64,000 bases of DNA from Patescibacteria group bacterium (GTDB taxonomy: Bacteria > Patescibacteriota > JAUYIX01 > JBHPHK01), in NCBI GenBank assembly GCA_042569365.1, contig JBHPHK010000004.1, positions 6,113-70,112 on the forward strand, given 5' to 3'. The notes below the pieces were generated by a model that was given only the letters and a program-made list of their open reading frames with translations, was not told the origin of the DNA and did no database searches. Positions 61,446-64,000 of the stretch are shown here, one piece after another (the first letter of the stretch is position 1; each line of letters begins with the position of its first letter). Made by a program: the position numbers and the translations under genes.

Positions 61446-62444
61446 ATGCCCGAAAATCTGCTTCAGCAGCCAGTCATTCAGATTGATAATGTTACCAAAA
61501 CCTTTCCCGGTAAAGGCTGGTTTAAGCGTCGTGCGAAAGATGTCTTAGCTATCGACCAGGTCTCGTTTGATGTCGCCCACAACGAGATTTTTGGTATTAT
61601 TGGTCCGAACGGCTCGGGCAAGACTACGCTGATCAAGATGATCACGTCTTTTATCTATCAGGATGCGGGGACGATTTGGGTGAATGGAAGAGATACATTG
61701 GAGGACTTCGAGGCACTCAAAGATCAACTCGGTTTTATCATTAGTGAAGAGAGATCTTTCTTCTTTCGCCTTTCGGGTCGGCAAAACTTAGAATACTACG
61801 GCATGCTCCAAAAGATTCCCAGAAAAGAGCTGCATAAGAAAATAGATGAACTACTTGAACGCCTAGAGCTTGCGCCCGCCGCCGATAAGCGCTATCAGGA
61901 ATATTCGACCGGTATGCGCCGTAAGCTTGGCGTAGCACGCGGGCTTCTGGTCGAGCGTCCAATATACCTTTTAGATGAACCGACTACGGCGATTGACCCT
62001 GTTTCAACAGTTACAATCGAAAACCTTATCAGAGAGCTGCGCGATGCCGGACACACAATCTTGTTTTCTAGTCATGATATGCATCAGGTCGAGCGCTTAG
62101 CAGATCGTGTTGGTATTTTAAATAAAGGTCGCCTCATTGGGTTAGGTGAGCCCAGCGAGCTGATCAAGAGGATTCTTTCTCAGTACGACTATTTCATTAT
62201 GGCCATGCTTGATCGGCCGATCACAAAAGACCTTATCCAACAAATTGGTCAGCTAGAAAATATCAAGCATATCGACAGTCCGGATGCTGAACATAAATCT
62301 CTGCGCGTAGTGACCAATAAGCCAAGTAGTGTCGTTGCGCCACTGATTCATATTTTAGGCAAGCAAGAAGACTTGAATGTCATAAACTTCGGCGTGCGTC
62401 AGCCAAGTCTAGAAGAAGCCTTTATTAAAATATCGGGAGTATAA
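61446..62444 (+). CDS. ABC transporter ATP-binding protein (ABC-2/DrrA-like)
   Basis: It has the Walker A motif GPNGSGKTT, the signature YSTGMRRKLG and the Walker B motif IYLLDEPTTAID. An extended -10 (TGTATAAT) lies upstream. Confidence 0.9.
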   Translation: MPENLLQQPVIQIDNVTKTFPGKGWFKRRAKDVLAIDQVSFDVAHNEIFGIIGPNGSGKTTLIKMITSFIYQDAGTIWVNGRDTLEDFEALKDQLGFIISEERSFFFRLSGRQNLEYYGMLQKIPRKELHKKIDELLERLELAPAADKRYQEYSTGMRRKLGVARGLLVERPIYLLDEPTTAIDPVSTVTIENLIRELRDAGHTILFSSHDMHQVERLADRVGILNKGRLIGLGEPSELIKRILSQYDYFIMAMLDRPITKDLIQQIGQLENIKHIDSPDAEHKSLRVVTNKPSSVVAPLIHILGKQEDLNVINFGVRQPSLEEAFIKISGV

Positions 62445-62449
62445 ACTCT

Positions 62450-63286
62450 ATGTTAAAGCGATTCAAACAAGCATTCATGCACTGGTTTTACCGGCTTTGG
62501 GTTTATCTGAAGAGGTCTTTCATAATCACGGCATCTTATAAGACGCAGTTTGTTTTGTCTTTCGTAAATATCTTTCTATCATTCTTGTCTTTCTACTTTA
62601 TAGCTACTTTCTTGGATACGGGCGATAATCCGTTTTTAGTTCAATATGGAGGAAGCTATATCCAGTTTATGGTGGTAGGTGTTATTTTTGCGAGTTTCCT
62701 ATCTTTTGCCTTTTCTTTTATGATGTCGGCCGTGTCTGAGGGAGTAAGCAAGGGAACACTTGAATATCTATTGCTTTCAAAAGTCGGTTTGATCCAGATA
62801 ACGATTATGACCAGTCTATGGAGCATGCTTTTCTTGGTGATCAACACAGCACTGACTCTGACTATCGTCAAGTTCATTTTAGGAGTGACATTTTTCTATA
62901 ATATCTGGCTGATAGCACTTGTTTTGCTTTTGGCTATGTTTGCGATTACGGGGATCGGGATGATCTCGGCGGGTATTATCGTCGTGATTAAGAGCGGTGA
63001 TCCGATTAGTTTTGTTTTCGGAGCTTTGACTGGCTTGCTTTCGGGAGTTGCTTTCCCAGTTGAGATCTTGCCGGCATTCTTACGCGAGATTGGTGAGATA
63101 TTACCAAATACACATGCTCTGACGGCTTTGCGTGAGGTGATGATCAACAATGCTTCGCTATGGGATATCAAAGAGGAGCTAGCTTTCTTATTTATTTCTA
63201 GTGTGATCACTTTAGCGATCGGATATTTTGCTTTTATCTATGGCTTCCACCGAGCGCGCCAAAAAGGTACACTTGCATTACGTTAA
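62450..63286 (+). CDS. ABC-2 type transporter permease
   Basis: 278 aa with 6 hydrophobic helices. It starts 6 nt after the ATPase gene. Confidence 0.8.
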   Translation: MLKRFKQAFMHWFYRLWVYLKRSFIITASYKTQFVLSFVNIFLSFLSFYFIATFLDTGDNPFLVQYGGSYIQFMVVGVIFASFLSFAFSFMMSAVSEGVSKGTLEYLLLSKVGLIQITIMTSLWSMLFLVINTALTLTIVKFILGVTFFYNIWLIALVLLLAMFAITGIGMISAGIIVVIKSGDPISFVFGALTGLLSGVAFPVEILPAFLREIGEILPNTHALTALREVMINNASLWDIKEELAFLFISSVITLAIGYFAFIYGFHRARQKGTLALR

Positions 63287-63298
63287 TACTGAATTTCA

Positions 63299-64000
63299 AT
63301 GGCAATAAGATCACAAGAACAGAACAGTCAACTGCCGCCACAGCCTATGACGGAAGAAATACCAGCAGTGAGGCCTGATATGCCTAAGAGTGGCCAAAGA
63401 TCAATGCAGATATTGATTGCCACTCTTAAGCGTCCTTGGTATATAGTTTTTTTGATTGCCATTTTATTGACAGCAGGAATCATGCTTTCGACTATGCCGC
63501 GTCCTACCCGGACTTTGTATGTGGATTCACGCGAGACAAGAGAGGAATTTGTCTTGACGGGCAGTGAAGACAAGCCTTTTAAGACTATTCAAGCGGCGAT
63601 TGAGAAAGCAGTCGATGGTGATATCGTTCATATTCGTGCCGGAATGTATCAGGAAAATCTTTATGTGGACGGCGTGAATATTACAATTAAGGGTGAAGGT
63701 GTCGAGGAAACTACTATCGTTTCTGTGAATGCAAAACAAGAGGGAGAGGAAGAGGTAGCGGTGGCTCCGGAAGAGTCTGCAGAGACTTTAGGTCGTGGAC
63801 CAGAAGCAGCTGAAAAAACTGCGCCTTATGAAAATAACGATGTTGTGTCTTACGTGAATGGAGCAACAGGCTTCATTCAGAACCTGTCTATAATTGGCGG
63901 GAGTGCTTTGAAAAGTTTTATTGCCGATGAGGAACGAACAGATGAAGAGTACGAAGAGATAGCGTTGCACGAAAGTGCAATTTCAGCTTGGGAAGCCTCA
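63299..64000 (+). CDS. membrane-anchored right-handed beta-helix (DUF1565/pectate-lyase-fold-like) protein, 3' end outside window
   Basis: This open-ended frame is not in the track. It begins MAIRSQEQNSQLPPQP, then has a TM helix (WYIVFLIAILLTAGIML), then KPFKTIQAAIEKAVDGDIVHIRAGMYQENLYV, which is typical of beta-helix proteins. Confidence 0.55.
   Translation, partial: MAIRSQEQNSQLPPQPMTEEIPAVRPDMPKSGQRSMQILIATLKRPWYIVFLIAILLTAGIMLSTMPRPTRTLYVDSRETREEFVLTGSEDKPFKTIQAAIEKAVDGDIVHIRAGMYQENLYVDGVNITIKGEGVEETTIVSVNAKQEGEEEVAVAPEESAETLGRGPEAAEKTAPYENNDVVSYVNGATGFIQNLSIIGGSALKSFIADEERTDEEYEEIALHESAISAWEAS

Noticed and set aside
1-64000. CRISPR arrays, rRNA genes, transposases/integrases, prophage genes, restriction-modification or classical toxin-antitoxin pairs
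   Set aside because: I saw no regularly spaced direct repeats and no rRNA-like sequence. I also saw no DDE, tyrosine- or serine-recombinase motifs and no phage structural genes in any frame I read.

Overview
This window covers the chromosomal replication-origin region of a small-genome bacterium. The gene content, PKD- and LTD-bearing surface proteins and mostly Shine-Dalgarno-less core genes suggest a Patescibacteria/CPR-like lineage, but that is inference only. The core backbone has these genes:
- Envelope glycan genes: glycosyltransferase, Wzx-type flippase and a ligase-like membrane protein.
- The origin cluster rpmH-rnpA-yidD-yidC-jag, divergent from dnaA-dnaN-recF-DUF721, with DnaA-box clusters on both sides of dnaA.
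- A PBP1A, tyrS, yebC-ruvC, pgi, queA, ruvB, a VanW protein, clpC (preceded by a CIRCE operator), hsp20, PrsW, hisS, purC, a class-V aminotransferase and one tRNA-Glu(UUC).

Accessory or unusual content:
- A PKD-7TM protein paired with an ATP-grasp/retropepsin fusion.
- Three tandem GT4 paralogues followed by a kinase, a PHP phosphoesterase and glgA.
- Two tandem 715/731-aa paralogous envelope proteins.
- An AT-rich block with a second ATP-grasp ligase, three related small proteins around the tRNA, and an ABC-2 exporter.

I saw no rRNA, CRISPR array, transposase or integrase.

The most interesting signals lie below the 60-aa ORF track:
- A same-strand locus at about 27.96-29.8 kb has four SD-led mini-ORFs that share motifs, a hairpin-rich sRNA candidate and a 4-TM protein. 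Each has its own consensus promoter and terminator.
- A second orphan sRNA candidate at 35.1 kb shares C-rich motifs with the first.
- A 37-nt GC-rich element recurs 2-3 times.
- Genes split into two classes: SD-less core genes, and self-contained cassettes with perfect AGGAGG sites.

All family calls come from reading motifs by eye. No database search or computation was run.
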